From positions 8,496,001 through 8,560,000 of the forward strand of contig NC_086101.1 in NCBI RefSeq assembly GCF_963921235.1: DNA of 64,000 nucleotides, in the 5' to 3' direction. Under the pieces are notes generated by a model that was not told where the DNA came from, searched no databases, and saw nothing but the letters and a program-made list of their open reading frames with translations. Positions 1 to 13,800 of the stretch are shown piece after piece; within the stretch, counting starts at the first letter, position 1, and the number at the start of each line of letters is the position of its first letter. Made by a program: the position numbers and the translations under genes. This DNA is from Mobula hypostoma. Lineage: Eukaryota.

Positions 1-916
1 TTTGGTTTTGCTCATTTTCCTACAAGAAAGGTGCTATTAAGTTGGAAAGAATGCAGTGGATATTTACGAGGATATCACCTGGTGTTGCGTAACAGCTATG
101 GAGAGAGCTTGAACAGGTTGGGACATTTTGCACTGGAACATAGGACAATGAGAAGTAATTTTCTAGACAGGTACAAACTTATGGGGGTTGTAGGTACAGT
201 GAATGCCACCAGTTTTGGGGAATTAAGAACTCGAGGACATAGGTTTAATGTGAGAGGGGGAGAGATGGTCAGCACCTGGAAGGAGAAGCCAGTGGAAATG
301 GAGGCAGGAACATTAACATTTTTGGATATACTGTACAATAACAGGCCCTTCTATCACAATGCCCAATGACACCCACATGACCAGACTTCCACCGTTTCTT
401 TCTCTGCATAGATCAGGGGTCCACAGGACCCTCGGCTAAATGGCGAGGCTCCACGGCAGAAATGGAACCGCTGCCAGAAATACTCCCTGTCCTGCTGAGT
501 TCCTCCAGCATTTTCTGTGTTCCGATGTGGATTTTGAGCATCTGCAGAATCTGGTGTTTACAATGCACATTATGTCCCAGCGGACCTCTTGTATATCAGG
601 GGTGCTGTGTACGTGGTGTCCTCAGCATCATTAATCATCCCTGCTCTCTGTCCAACAATCTCTTACCCCCTACCGTCAGGCAGGGGTACCACAGCAACAG
701 GATGAGAGACAGATTCTTCCCCCAGGCTGTGAGACCACCAAACTCCCTGCCACCACCCAGAACTCATCCCATATGAAGCACCAGTAGTGTATACTACTCA
801 CTGACTTTTGTAAATGCACCTTATTTTTTTTTTTAAATTTGTGGTAATATTACCTTTGTGCTGCAATATGTGCACTTTGGTTGCTTTGGTGGTATACATG
901 ACAATAAACTTGAACT

Positions 917-1580
917 TTATAACCATATAACAATTACAGCACGGAAACAGGCCATCTCAGCCATTCTATTCCGTGCCAAACTCTTACTCTCACCTAGTCC
1001 CACTGACCTGCACTCAGCCCACAACCCTCCATTCCTTTCCTGTCCATATAGCTGTCCAATTTAACTTTAAATGACAACATCGAACCTGCCTCAACCACTT
1101 CTGCTGGAAGCTCGTTCCACACAGCTACCGCTCTCTGAGTAAAGAAGTTCCCCCTCATGTTACCCCTAATCTTTTGCCCTTTAACTCTCAACTCATGTCC
1201 TCTTGTTTGAATCTCCCCCACTCTCAATGGAAAAAGTCTAACCACATCAACTCTATCTATCCCCCTCATAATTCTAAATACCTCTATCAAGTTCTCCCTC
1301 AACCTTCTACGCTCCAAAGAATAAAGACCCACCTTGTTCAACCTTTCTCTGTAACTTAGGTGATGAAACCCAGGTAACATTCTAGTAAATCTTCTCTGTA
1401 CTCTCTCAATTTTGTTGACATCTTTCCTATAATTCGGTGACCAGAACTGTACACAATACTCCAAATTTGGCCTTACCAGTGCCTTGTACAATTTCAACAT
1501 TACATCCCAACTCCAATACTCAATGCTCTGATGTATGAAGGCCAGCAAACCAAAAGCTTTCTTCACCACCCTATCCACAT
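917..1580 (-). mobile_element. CR1-clade LINE, 5'-truncated 3' end
   Basis: ORF 994..1635 has the CR1 ORF2 C-terminus (LYKALVRPNLEYCVQFWSP...LERRRLR...FFTQRAVAVWNELP), followed by a 3' UTR with a short tandem tail. Confidence 0.9.
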
Positions 1581-1688
1581 GATCATGTCTAGATTTTGAC
1601 CATGACAGTCCTCCCTCCCCAAAATCAGCCAACACCTCCTGCGAGTCACTGTGCCCATGCCCACCAACAAGAGGAAAGACTGACTCAC

Positions 1689-1878
1689 CGCTGCAAGCAT
1701 TCTTGACAGATCTTGTTGTCCTCCAGGTGAGGGGGAGTCTCCACCACTGCTGGCTTCAGATGCAGGTCAAACAGAGAGTCCCCATCAACCACCACAGGTC
1801 GGCCACACTTCAGTGCCAGACTGCTCCACCCAGAGCTGAGCAGTTCCATCCCATGGACGACACACCATCCCGAGGCAA
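1689..1878 (-). CDS. DPPA2/4-like coding exon 4 (Dppa2/4 conserved region, DCR)
   Basis: 190 nt: cccccaccctgtttcaccag|TT GCC TCG GGA TGG TGT GTC GTC CAT GGG...GAA TGC TTG CAG CG|gtgagt. Encodes WCVVHG, GWxxL, LxLxPA and LEDNKICQECLQR. Confidence 0.92.
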
Positions 1879-4800
1879 CTGGTGAAACAGGGTGGGGGGA
1901 GATTGGGATTCAGTCAGCTTCGGGTTCAGCTCCTCTCCGCACGAGGGTGGAGAGGAAAGAGCAAGCAGTTTCCTAAGCCACTATATTGTACATCCGCCCT
2001 CACTGCCATTCAGGCCCCAGACAGGGAGGGGAAACTTCTCCTACAAGCCTGCCAGGGTCAGCCTCTGTAGCCAGTGCTCCCGGGGCAGCCTCCTCTGCAT
2101 CAGTGAGATCCTACATAGATTGATATAGCACCTTCTTTCAGTCCATCACAAAAGGCAGGATCTCCTGGATTCAATTTGACTTGCAAATCTCATTCTGGCA
2201 CACCTGCTTGGCCTCCTCTACTGTCACAATGAGGCCAAACTCAGGACACCTCATTCCTTCCGGGGAGCCTTCAATTTGATCAATTTCTCCAACTTCTGGT
2301 CATTTCTCCCCCTCCTTTTTCCATTCAGCATTCTTGCTACCCTCTTTCTCTTCTATCCTTCCCGTCACCCCTCTGGCAAACCCTGCCGTTCCATTTCTTC
2401 TTATGGCCCACTGTGCTCCATCAGAATCCTTCTTTAGCCCTTTACCCCTTCCTCTTATCCCCTCCCAGCTTAAATCATACCCCCTTCCCCTGCTTACCTA
2501 CCCCCTCATGTGGGGTCACCTATCAGCTTCTACTCCTCCCCATCTCTCCTCCTCTTTTTACTGTTCTTCCTTTCCAAGACTGATGAAGTATCTCAGCCCA
2601 AAACAACAACTGCTTATTCCACTCCATAGATGCTGCCTGACCTGCCAAGTTCCTCCAGCATGTTGTGTGTTGCTCAAGTTGTTGGTGATGTCTAAACCTA
2701 GGAACCTGACATTCTCAACCTTCTTGACCTCAGAACCAATTTGAAATGTTGAAGTCAACCAGCATCCCACATATCATTGGTTTCCATAACAACCAGCTGT
2801 TCCCAATTACATCCAATTGCAACCACCCAGATGGAATACACTCACCTCCAGAGTCCTCCTTTACTCTGAGGGGGTCTTGCTCATCCGGAGTGTCCCATTG
2901 CAGAGGGATGCGTGTGTCACCTTGAAGTTGGGGAAGAGGTTTGGAAACTGCCTGGAGTAGTTAAAGAGCAGGAAACATTTACCACCAATGGAGTAAGAAG
3001 GTGTCTCTCCCCACCCCACCAACACATCCCCAAACTCGTCCACAAAGAGCCCAGGTACAGTCCCCAGAAATAATGGGAGACCAACACATGATGGGGAACT
3101 CCTTCCTACCAAGAGTGGGCACAGCTGAGAGTGAGGATGCGATTAAAGAGAGGCCATACAATGACAGAGGCCACTTAAGTTTAGTCAAGACACAAATGGA
3201 GAACAAATGCCAGAATGGACTACCCTAGGCAAAGCCTGCCCTCCCATTGAGCACATCTGCATGAAATGCTGCCACAAGAAAGCAGCATCAAGGACCTCGG
3301 CCATCTCTTCTCATTGCCATTTGGCAGGAGGTTCAGAAGACTCAGGTCCCAGACCACCAGGCTCAGGAACAGTTATTACCCTACAACAGGGGCCCCCAGC
3401 CTTTATGCCATGGACCAAATACCAGTAAGGAGTTGACAGACCCCTGTCCTACAATCTTCAGGCTCCTGAACCAGCATGGATAATATCACTCACCACCACC
3501 TTGTACTGATTCTACAAACTAGACTCACTTCTGAAGATCCTTTACAACTCACGTACACAATATATTTTTATCTGTGCAATTTGCCTTCTTTTACTCATTG
3601 ATAGTCATTGTTTATGCTTTGACAAATACAATAAAATTTACAAAATTCTTTATCTTCCTGTAAATATCTGCAAGAAAGTGAATCTGAAGGTAGTACATGG
3701 TAAGAATATGAATATATAGGCATAATATACATTTAATATATATCTACTTTGACATTTCTGATATACATACCACACATTGCCTTGAGTGCTTAGCATTTTT
3801 GTCCAGAAACAAGGGAGATTGGAAGCAGGTTAGAGTAACCTTGTAAATGCTCACCACAAGCACTGTGCTAGGACCCAATTAAACCCAAACCAAGCCCAGC
3901 ACAGCATTTAATCCAATTTCTCCTGGTGATGTGTACAGAGAGCAGGACCCACCCAGCCCCTCACACTTACTCTGACACTGAATGCAATCACAGCTGATCC
4001 AATTACAACTTCAGCTCTGTATTCTTAAATGTTTCATAAAACACAAGAAAACCTGTAGATGCTGGAAATCCAAAGCAGCAACACACAAAATGCTGGAGGA
4101 ACTCAGCAGGTCAGGCAGCATCTATGGAAGAGTAAACAGTCGACATTTTGGTTTAAGAAGGGTCTTAGCCTGAAACATTGGCTGTTCACTCATTCCATTG
4201 ATGCAGCCTGGCCTGCTGAGTTCTTCCAGCATTTTGTGTGTGCTGCTCTTAAATGTTTAGCTATTTTAAGTGCCGAGCCAGATTAAAATGATTAAGCAAC
4301 ACACATAAAAGTTGCTGGTGAACGCAGCAGGCCAGGCAGCATCTCTAGGAAGATTAAAATGATTAAGGTCTGGCTGCAGCTCTGAACTGGCTCCGTGGCT
4401 GTGGACTCACTTTCAGGGAATCTGGTTATAGTCTGTATTATTTCTTTACCTTTTTCTTTAAATTGTTTGCACAATTTATTCTTTTGTCACACCTCGGGCG
4501 TTTGATGGTCTTTGTGGTGTGGGGTTTTTATGAATTCTATTGTGTTTTAGTTTTATGGCAAGGTGATGAATCAAGGGTGTATATGGTATACATACTTTGA
4601 TCATAAATGTACCTTGAACTTTGTAAATGTACCCCACTATTAACACTTCACTCCTGCTCAGGAACCAGTCTTTCTCAACCCTAGACTCCTTTCACTGCCC
4701 TTCAGAGGATTAGAGTTCTGACAACTTTCAACCCTCAAAAATGTCCAAATGCTTCAATAGAACAATTCCTTATTTTTGATTTTAAAATAAAAACCGACCG

Positions 4801-7800
4801 CTATACTTGTAGGTCACCATTTACCACCTTGAGATTCATTTTCTTGCAGGCATTTACAGGGAAAGGAATAAATGAATTTTACAAAAAACTAACATAAACA
4901 CTGAAAAGCAACCAATTGGCAAAAGACAAACTGCAAATAATAAAAAGTGAGAAAGGTTTTAAAGATTCTCCAACATGGAGAAACTTCTCTACATCCCCTC
5001 TGCCAGAACATCACAGGATTTTGATTCAAAGACCTCTCCATAACTTAACTGTGGTGGCTACAAGCCTCATCTGGCCAAACTTTTCCGAACCCACCCATTC
5101 TGCGAAGCAGTCCAGCAAGCCAGAGTCGCTTCAACGCCTTTGACCACAGGGCCATCAGGCAGTGGTCGGCACATAATGTCCTGCAGGCACTGCAGAAGGA
5201 CATGATGGCCACAGTGGGGTGGTTCCCTGAGCAGACACTCCAGTTCATCTGGCAAAATGCCTTATTGCCAGATCTCACCAACAGGCACCAGGACCTCGCC
5301 TGGCTGGCAGTGAGAGGGGCCCTCCCAGTCAGAGCCCTCCTGTACACCCGGAATGTCGTCTCCACACCCGGCTGCCCACGGGAGGACTGCAGTGAGGAGG
5401 AGTCTGTGACCCATCCCTTTGCACACTGCCAGTTTGCAGAGAGGGTGTGGAGGAGGATGGACGGGCTAGTGTCACGTTTCATCCCCAGCAGCTGCGTAAC
5501 AGAGGACTCTCTGATCTACGGGCTGTTCCCGGGGACGCACACAGAGACCAACATCCGGTGCTGCTGGCAGATCATCAACTCGGTGAAAGAGGCTCTTTGG
5601 TCAGCCCGAAACTTGATGATCTACCAGCACATGGAGATGTCCGTGGGAGAATGCTGCCGACTGGCACATTCTCGGCTGCAGGAGTACGTGCTGAGGGACG
5701 CACTGAAACTCCCACCGCAAGGGCCCGCTGGGGAAGGACCACAGTATAGGTTTCTCCACCCGTGGGAGTGGGAGGGGTCGGTGGGCGGGGAGTATACCCC
5801 TCAACAATGATGTGGTAAGGCGAACAACTGGAGTGCCACGTGGGTGGCCATAAATATGGATATGTACTGACTATAATGGAAACGTATGGAAAGGATGAAA
5901 AGTTATTGAATGGTTTATTGTATAATTTATTTCTGAGTAAAGTATATTTTGAAATAAAAAAAACCTCATTACTTGGTGGTTGTCGGGAGCAAAGGACACA
6001 GCCTCAATAAAGGGACATCCCTTTAAAACCAAAGGAATTTCTTTTGTCAGAGGGTGGTGAATCTGTGGAATTTGTCACTACCAACAGCAACATTTGTTGC
6101 TACAAAAAGGAAGAGTCTTGATTGACAAGGGGGTTAAAGGTTACAGAGAGAAGGGGAAGGGCAGCTGAGAAACGATGATTGAATGGCAGACCACAATCAA
6201 TGGGCTGGATGGCATAATTCTTCTCTATCTTTTATTTAGAGATACAGCATGGAAATGATCCTTCTAGCCCAATGGGTCTGCACCACCCAATTATTCCCTT
6301 GTGACCAATTAACCTACTAAGCAGTAGGTCACTGCAATGTGGGAGGGAACCTGTGCAATCACGGGGATAAGCTCGAACTCCTTACAGACAGCAGTGGGAA
6401 TGGAATCTGACAACTTCTGGCTGTAGTGGTGTTGTGCTCTCTTAAGATCCTTCAAGGCCCACTCTCTACATCATGATCCACAATCCATTTCACCAATTCT
6501 CCACGATAATAGAAGCACAGCTAATCTATAAAAGAGATTTGTTTTATTTGTCACAGAAACATTGAAACAGAGTGAAACTTACTGTTTGTGACATTATTTT
6601 TGTAATGTGCTCAGCAGATTGCAAGTAGCTTGTTTCTGGAACCAACAGAGCACGCCCAAGACTCAGTAACGCTAACCTGTACATTTCAGGAATGTGGGAG
6701 GAAGCCAGATCACCCGAAGGAAGCCCACGCGATCACGGGAGAACACAAGAAACTCCTTAAGGGGAGTGGCAGGAATCAAACCCCGCTCAGTGTCAGTAAA
6801 GTGACTGAGCTCACCACTATGCTATTGTAAGCCAACATTCGCAGTTATTTGCTAGCAGTTGCAGGAGAGTTAGACATTCCAGGACTATTAGATTAGATTA
6901 TGAGGACATGCAGTCCTCTTTTATTGTCATTTAGGAATGCATGCATTAAGAAATGATACGATGTTCCTCCAGTTTGATATCACAGAAACACAAGACAGAC
7001 CAAGACTGAAAAACTGACAAAAACCACATAATTATAACATAGTTAGAACAGACCATGGGCACAGTAAAAAAAGTCTCAAAGTCTCTCGAAAGTCCCACCA
7101 TCTCACGCAGATGGTAGAAGGAAGAAAACTCTTCCTGCCATGAGCTTCCAGCGCCGCAAACTTGCTGATGCAGCATCCTGGAAGCACCTGACCACAGTCC
7201 AACTCTAAGTCCGTCCGAAAGCTTGGAGCCTCTGATCAGCCCTCCAACACAGAGCACTATCTCTGCCGAGTGCTTCGACACCAGCCCCGGCCACCAGCAA
7301 CAGGCAAAACCGAGGATTTGGGGCCTTCCCTCCGGAGATTCTCGACCGCACAGTAGCAGCGGCAGTGCACCGGGCATTTCAGGAGTTTCTCCAGATGTTT
7401 CTCCGTGCTTTTCACATCTTTCTCCATCAAATCAGGATTGTGCACGGCCTCTATTTAACAAATACGATATCATTCCACCGGAGAGGTCATGCGCCAGAGA
7501 CCCAGAAACTTTTGACCAGCAGAGACCAAAAAAAACCCACACGGAAAGGAGTAATGGCAAATATCGCTCAGCCTACATGCATCTGGCTGTCCTCTCCCTA
7601 CCTGAGCACAGAGGCTAAAGAGCAAGACTCCCAAGACAAGGACAACAAAGAGTAGTTGTGGGAGACAGAGAGGCAGCTTTGGGATTGCTGAATCAAAGGA
7701 CTGGACTGTGTTCAAGGACCCATAAGATCTGAAAATACACCCTGGCTGTTATTGACTTTATAAAGACACAGTCGGAGACAGACATGTCCCCCAAAAACCA

Positions 7801-10800
7801 GAGTCTCCCCCCATCCAGAAGCCCTGGATGAACTAAACGATCCACAATCTGCTGAAGGCCAGATCAGTGGCATTCTGATCTGGCAGCCAATAAAAATACA
7901 AGTCCAGGTACAACCTCTGGAAAGCCATCTCACATGCAAATTGGCAATTCTGGACCAAACTGGAATCACTGGAGGATGTTCGACAGATGTGGCAGGGCTT
8001 GAATGCTATCATCTCCTGCAAACTGAGACCAAGGGACATGGGGGTCAACAAGGCTGCATACCCAGATGAGCTCAATGTTGTTTATGCTTGCTTTGACCAT
8101 CAGAATGTGGAGGCAACTTCACAAACTCCTACAGTAACCAATGACCCGGAGATGTCAGAGGGAGTACAAAGATGCAGCACCACCAAGTTTGCAGATGACA
8201 CGAAGCTGGGCGGCAGTGTTAGCTGTGAGGAATATGCTAAGAGGATGCAGGGTGACTTGGATAGGTTAGGTGAGTGGGCAAATTCATGGCAGATGCAATT
8301 TAATGTGGATAAATGTGAGGTTATCCACTTTGGTTGCAAAAACAGGAAAACAGATTATCTGAATGGTGGCCGATTAGGAAAAGGGGAGGTGCAACGAGAC
8401 CTGGGTGTCATTATACACCAGTCATTGAAAGTGGGCATGCAGGTACAGCAGGCGGTGAAAAAGGCGAATGGCATGCTGACATTCATAGCAAGAGGATTCG
8501 TGTACAGGAGAAGGGAGGTTCTACTGCAGTTGTACAAGGCCTTGGTGAGACCACACCTGGAGTATTATGTGCAGTTTTGGTCCCCAAATCTGAGGAAAGA
8601 CATTCTTGCCATAGAGAGAGTACAAAGAAGGTTCACCAGATTGATTCCTGGGACGGTGAGACTTTCATATGATGAAAGACTGGATCGACTAGGCTTATAC
8701 TCTCTGGAATTTAGAAGTTTGAGGGGGGAATCTGATTGAAACATATAAAATCCTAAAGGGATTGGATAGGCTGGATGCAGGAAGATTGTTCCCAATGTTG
8801 GGGAAGTCCAGAACGAGGGGTCACAGTTTGAGGATAAAGGGGAAGCCTTTTAGGACCGATATTAGGAAGAACTTCTTCACACAAAGTGGTGAATCTGTGG
8901 AATTCTCTGCCACAGGAAACAGTTGAGGCCAGTTCATTGGCTATATTTAAGAGGGAGTTAGATATGGCCCTTGTGGCTAAAGGGATCGGGGGTATGGAGA
9001 GAAGGCAGGTACAGGGTTCTGAGTCGGATGATCAGCCATGATCGTACTGAATGGTGGTGCAGGCTCGAAGAGCTGAATGGCCTACTCCTGCATCTATTTT
9101 CTATGTTTCTATGTCAGTCTGAGATGGATGCGAGAGCATTCTTCAGAGGGTGAGCCCACAGAAAACATCTGGCTCAAACGTGGTACGTAGCTGAACACTG
9201 AAGATCTGTGTTAGTGTTCACTGACATCTTTAACCTCTTGCTTCAGTTTATTGCTCATTACTGTAGTGGTTAGTATCCCCACCCACCCCATGGGAGATCT
9301 GGGTTCAACTCCATGATGGTGAGACTGGTTTGGGCTCCTGTGACCCTATTACATCTCAAAGTTCTCTGATGTTTGGAGTTCAATTCCAGCACCATGTGTG
9401 AGGTGTTTGTATGTTCTCCCCATGAATGTATGGGTTTTCTCCAGTTTCCCTCCACAGTCCAAAGACATACTGGTTAGTAGGTTAACTGGTCACTGTAAGT
9501 AGGCTGGTGTTAAATACCAAGTTTCGTTTATCGTCATTTCGAAATGCATGCATTTAAAAAATGATACAACATTCCTCCAGAATGATATCACAAGGCAACC
9601 AAACTGACAAAACCACATTATTATAACATATAGTTACAACAGTGCAAAGCAATACCATAATTTGATAAAAAGTAGACCATGGGCATGGTAAAAAAGTCTC
9701 AAAGTCCCGATAGACTCATCATCCCACGCAGACGGCAGAAGGGAGAAACCCTCCCCGTCATGAACCTCCAAGCACCGCCAATGCAGCACTATTGGAAGCT
9801 CCCGACCGCAGCGGACTCGGAGTCCGTCCAAAAACTTCGAGCCTGCGACCAGCCCCTTCGACACAGCCTCTCCGAGCACCATCCTCTGCCGAGCCCTTTG
9901 ACCCCGCCCCGGTCGCTGAGCAACAAGCAAAGCCGAGGACTCGGGGCCTTCTCCTCCGGAGATTCCGGACCACACAGTAGCAGCAGCAGCGAAGCGGGTA
10001 TTTCAGAAGCTTCTCAAGATGTTCCTCCGTACTCTCACGTCCATCTCCATCAAATCAGGATTGTGCACAGCACCCCACTTGACAAATAAGAGACATCAGG
10101 ACCGGAGTGGCCGCTGCGAGTTGCGTCGCACCGCCATCTTTCATCAAGGCATCTTTTGGCCTGTTGCTGGGTGGTACTGCTCATTGGGCCAGATAGGCCT
10201 GTTCCTCAATACATTCCTAAATAATAATAAAAAATCTTGAAGTACCTATCTGATTCAAGTAGGCTTCAATTATACTGGTGCCCAAGAAGAAAGTGGTAAT
10301 CTGCTTCAGTAGCCCTTACTGTATATCCAGTGTAATGAAGTGCTTTGAAGGGATGAAGCACATCAGCTCCTGCCTGAGGAGTGACTTGGATCTGCCCCAT
10401 TTGCCTACTAGAACAACAGGTCCACAGCAGATGCCATCTCATTGGGTCTTCAGTCAATTCTGGAACATCTGGACAGTGAAGGTGCATACATCAGGATGCC
10501 CCTCATTGACTGCAGCTCAGCATTCAACATCATCTCCTCAATAGTCAATAAGCTTCAAGACCTAGGCCTCAATACCTCCTTATGTGACTGCATCCTTGGT
10601 CTCCTCACTTGCCTAGTCAGTTCAGATTGGCAACACCTCCACAATCTCCATTAGCACAGGCACACCACAAGGCTGTGTGCTTAGCCCCCTGCTCTATTCA
10701 CTTTACACTTATGACTGCGGCTAAGCACAGCTCCAGTGCCATATTCGAGTTTGCTGGTGACACCACTGTCGTAGGCTGAACCAGAGTGGTGGTGAATCAG

Positions 10801-13800
10801 CATATAGGAGGGAGACTGGAAATCTGGCTAAATGCTGCCACAAAACCTCTCATTCAACGTCAGCAAGACTACTGGTTATTGACTTCAGGAGAAGGAAACC
10901 AGAGCTCCACGAGACTGGCCAAATCGGAGGATCAGAGGAGGAGAGGGTCAGCAAATTTAAATTCCTCGGTGCTATCATGTTGAGGGACTTGTCTTGGGCT
11001 CAGCAATTCGATAGATAGACGCTTTAAAGATCCCAAAGGAAGTGAAGTGCCACAGTGACATGACAAGTGCACGGATACGAATATTAGAAGAGAAGTAGAA
11101 AGAACAAGACAAATAAGTTCCCACAACAGGATGGGTGGGTGGCAGATCGGGGGGTTTCATCACTTCCCCAGAGATGGGTTGACTCATTACGGAACCCAGT
11201 GGCTGAGAGCGAGACTGATCTCGGATAGTGCTCGTCGGAGCAGCATAGCTGTCGTAGCCTATTACTAAAAGTACTCCTCTGTTCAGACAGAGTGGCATGC
11301 AGAGGGTGAGAAACATTATCCTGATTTGCCAGGATTTTCCAGAGGGTCCTTTGTTCTACCTCAGCCCCCAGTGTGTTCAACTTGACTTCTATAACAGAGC
11401 CAGCCTTTCTAATCAGTTTATTGAGCCTGTTGGCATCACCCATGTTGATGCCATTGCCCCAGCACACCACTACACAGAAGATTGTACTGGCGACAACAGA
11501 CTGGTAGAATATGAAAGAGAGCCCTGCATGCTCCAAAGGACTCCAGTCTCCTTAGGAAGTAGAGGTGGCTTTGGCCCTTCTATTACATGACCTCTGTTAG
11601 TGTTCCACTCAAGTCTGTCATTCAGGTACACTCCCAGGTACTTGTAGGTCCTCACCACATCCGCGTCCTCATCAATAGTAATAGTTTCTGCGTAGTCTGC
11701 CATTGCCATCTCCTTCATCTTACCTAATGTTGAGCTGCAGATGACTCAGCTTGCACCATTTGACAAAGTCCTCCACCAGGGTCCTGTATTCATCCTCCCG
11801 TCCTCCCTTTATACACCCAACTATTGCTGAATCAGAGAATTTCTGCAGATGCCATGACTCAGTGTTGTATCTAAAGTTTGACGTATACAGGCTAAACAGG
11901 AAGGAAGCCAATACAGTCTGCTGTGGAGCCCCAGAGCTGCTAATAGCCATGTCTGACACAGTTCAGAAGCCACACAAACTGTAGTCTGCCAGTCAATTAT
12001 GAAGAAAGCACAGCGACACCACCACAACTTCCTGAGGAGTTTCCACAGATTCAGCATGACATCAAAACTCTGACAAACTTGTACAGATACGCAGTAGGGA
12101 GTATTCTGGCTGGTTCCATCATGGCTTGGTATGGGAACAGCAATGCCCCTTGAATGGGGAAAAACCGACAAGAAGTGATGGACACAGCCCTCCACGCCAT
12201 TGAGCACATCTACAAGGAGTGTTGTCACAGGAAAGCGGCGTCCATCAAGGGCCTAAATCATCCTGGCCATGCTTTCTTCTTGCTACTGCCGCCATCAGGA
12301 AGGCAGCACAGAAGCCCGAGGACAAACACCACCAGGTTCAGGAAAAGAAACAATTGCCCCTCAACCATCAGACTTTTGAACCACAGGACATGATTTCACT
12401 CACCTCAACACCAAATTGATTTCACACTCTTTGGACTCGCACTTAACGTCTCTACAACTTGTGTTCTCAAAATACATTTCTTATTTAATAGTATCACTTC
12501 CCTTGTACATGCAGAGTTTGTTGTCCTTTGCACATTGGCTGTCTGTCTTTGTCATGTGCAATTATTCATTGATTCTATAGTATTTCTTTGTGTCTACTGT
12601 GAATACACAAAGTCCTCCACCGGAATCACAGTAGATGCGAATACAGACTCGATGGGCCAAATGGCCTACTTGTGCTCCCATATCTTATGGTTGTATAAAT
12701 GCCCACAAGAGGATGAATCCCAGCGGAGTAACTGGTGACACACGTACTCTGATCATTTTATTTTGAACTAGTGATTGGATACTGGATTGAAACAACCTTC
12801 AGACTTTAAATAATAAAAAAGTACTGCACCTTATTGAAGCAAGTGGATTCACCAGCAGGATCAACCCACAGTTAGAAGCCAAACACAGGCTGGGCTCTAT
12901 AACATCACTCTCCATATATGAGGGGAAATCGCAGCCTGCAACCCACTTCTTCAATTTCCTCCCTTTCACACAAAACAAAAGGTGTAAGTCCCAATTCACC
13001 AGGATCCAGCCGAACATCATCAATCAGCCTTCATTTGACCAGAGAGGTCCATGGTCAAAATCCACTGAGGACAGTCTCCTCCCTGCATTGTACCCAGAGC
13101 CCTATTGCCATCACGCCTGGCTACAAGGGTCAGATGCAAGGCTCCTTACCTCATCCGGAGAGGTCTGTGTGATGTAGCAGGACAGGCGTGCGATTAGCTC
13201 AGCGTTCTGAAAGACAAAAATAATTCACTTGCAGGTGAGGGATTCAGAGAAAACACAGGGACAGTAATCTTCATTAGAAGATTAATAGTAGTGACATTAT
13301 ACCAACCTATACAAACACGCCCCATGGTTAATCTAACCCTTCTCTCCTACACAATCCACTTCTCTCATGTCCATTGTGGAGAACGTCCTAGAAACGAGCT
13401 CAGAGGGATAAGTAAAACAGACCACGAGACATAGAAGCAGAAAAGGCTATTCAGCCCATCTGGTCAGTTCTGCCATCCAGTCATGCCCGAGTTGGCCCCT
13501 CAACTCCAACCTCCACAAAACAATTAACCACCCCCAAATAACACCTAGCCAAGCAGGAACTTATCAATCCTGGCCTTAAGTACTTGGCCGCCACCACTCT
13601 CCTTGGGAGTGGATTCCACAGATTCGCCACCTCCTGGGTGGAGAAATTGCTCATCTCAGTTCTGGAAGTAGGTCCTTCCCTTGCCCTCTTCCATTAATGG
13701 AAAGAAAATCCACAGATCCCCAGGTGAAAGAGGCATCGCCGAACGGGGTGGCACAATAGAATCCAGGCTAGCACCAGCGACCTGGGTTCAATTCCCAGTA

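Noticed and set aside
1..1688. Final exon of the DPPA2/4-like gene (expected to start in phase 2, then Asn)
   Set aside because: Only repeat-derived sequence and no credible acceptor were found, so the exon presumably lies beyond the left edge.
3960..4020. Minus-strand donor GTAAGTG at 3970 as an extra linker exon
   Set aside because: The nearest acceptor lacks a pyrimidine tract and gives an immediate in-frame TGA.
7987..8739. 250-aa RT-containing ORF as a novel fusion gene
   Set aside because: A chance in-frame junction between a Rex1-type fragment and an inserted CR1, with no splice or promoter support.
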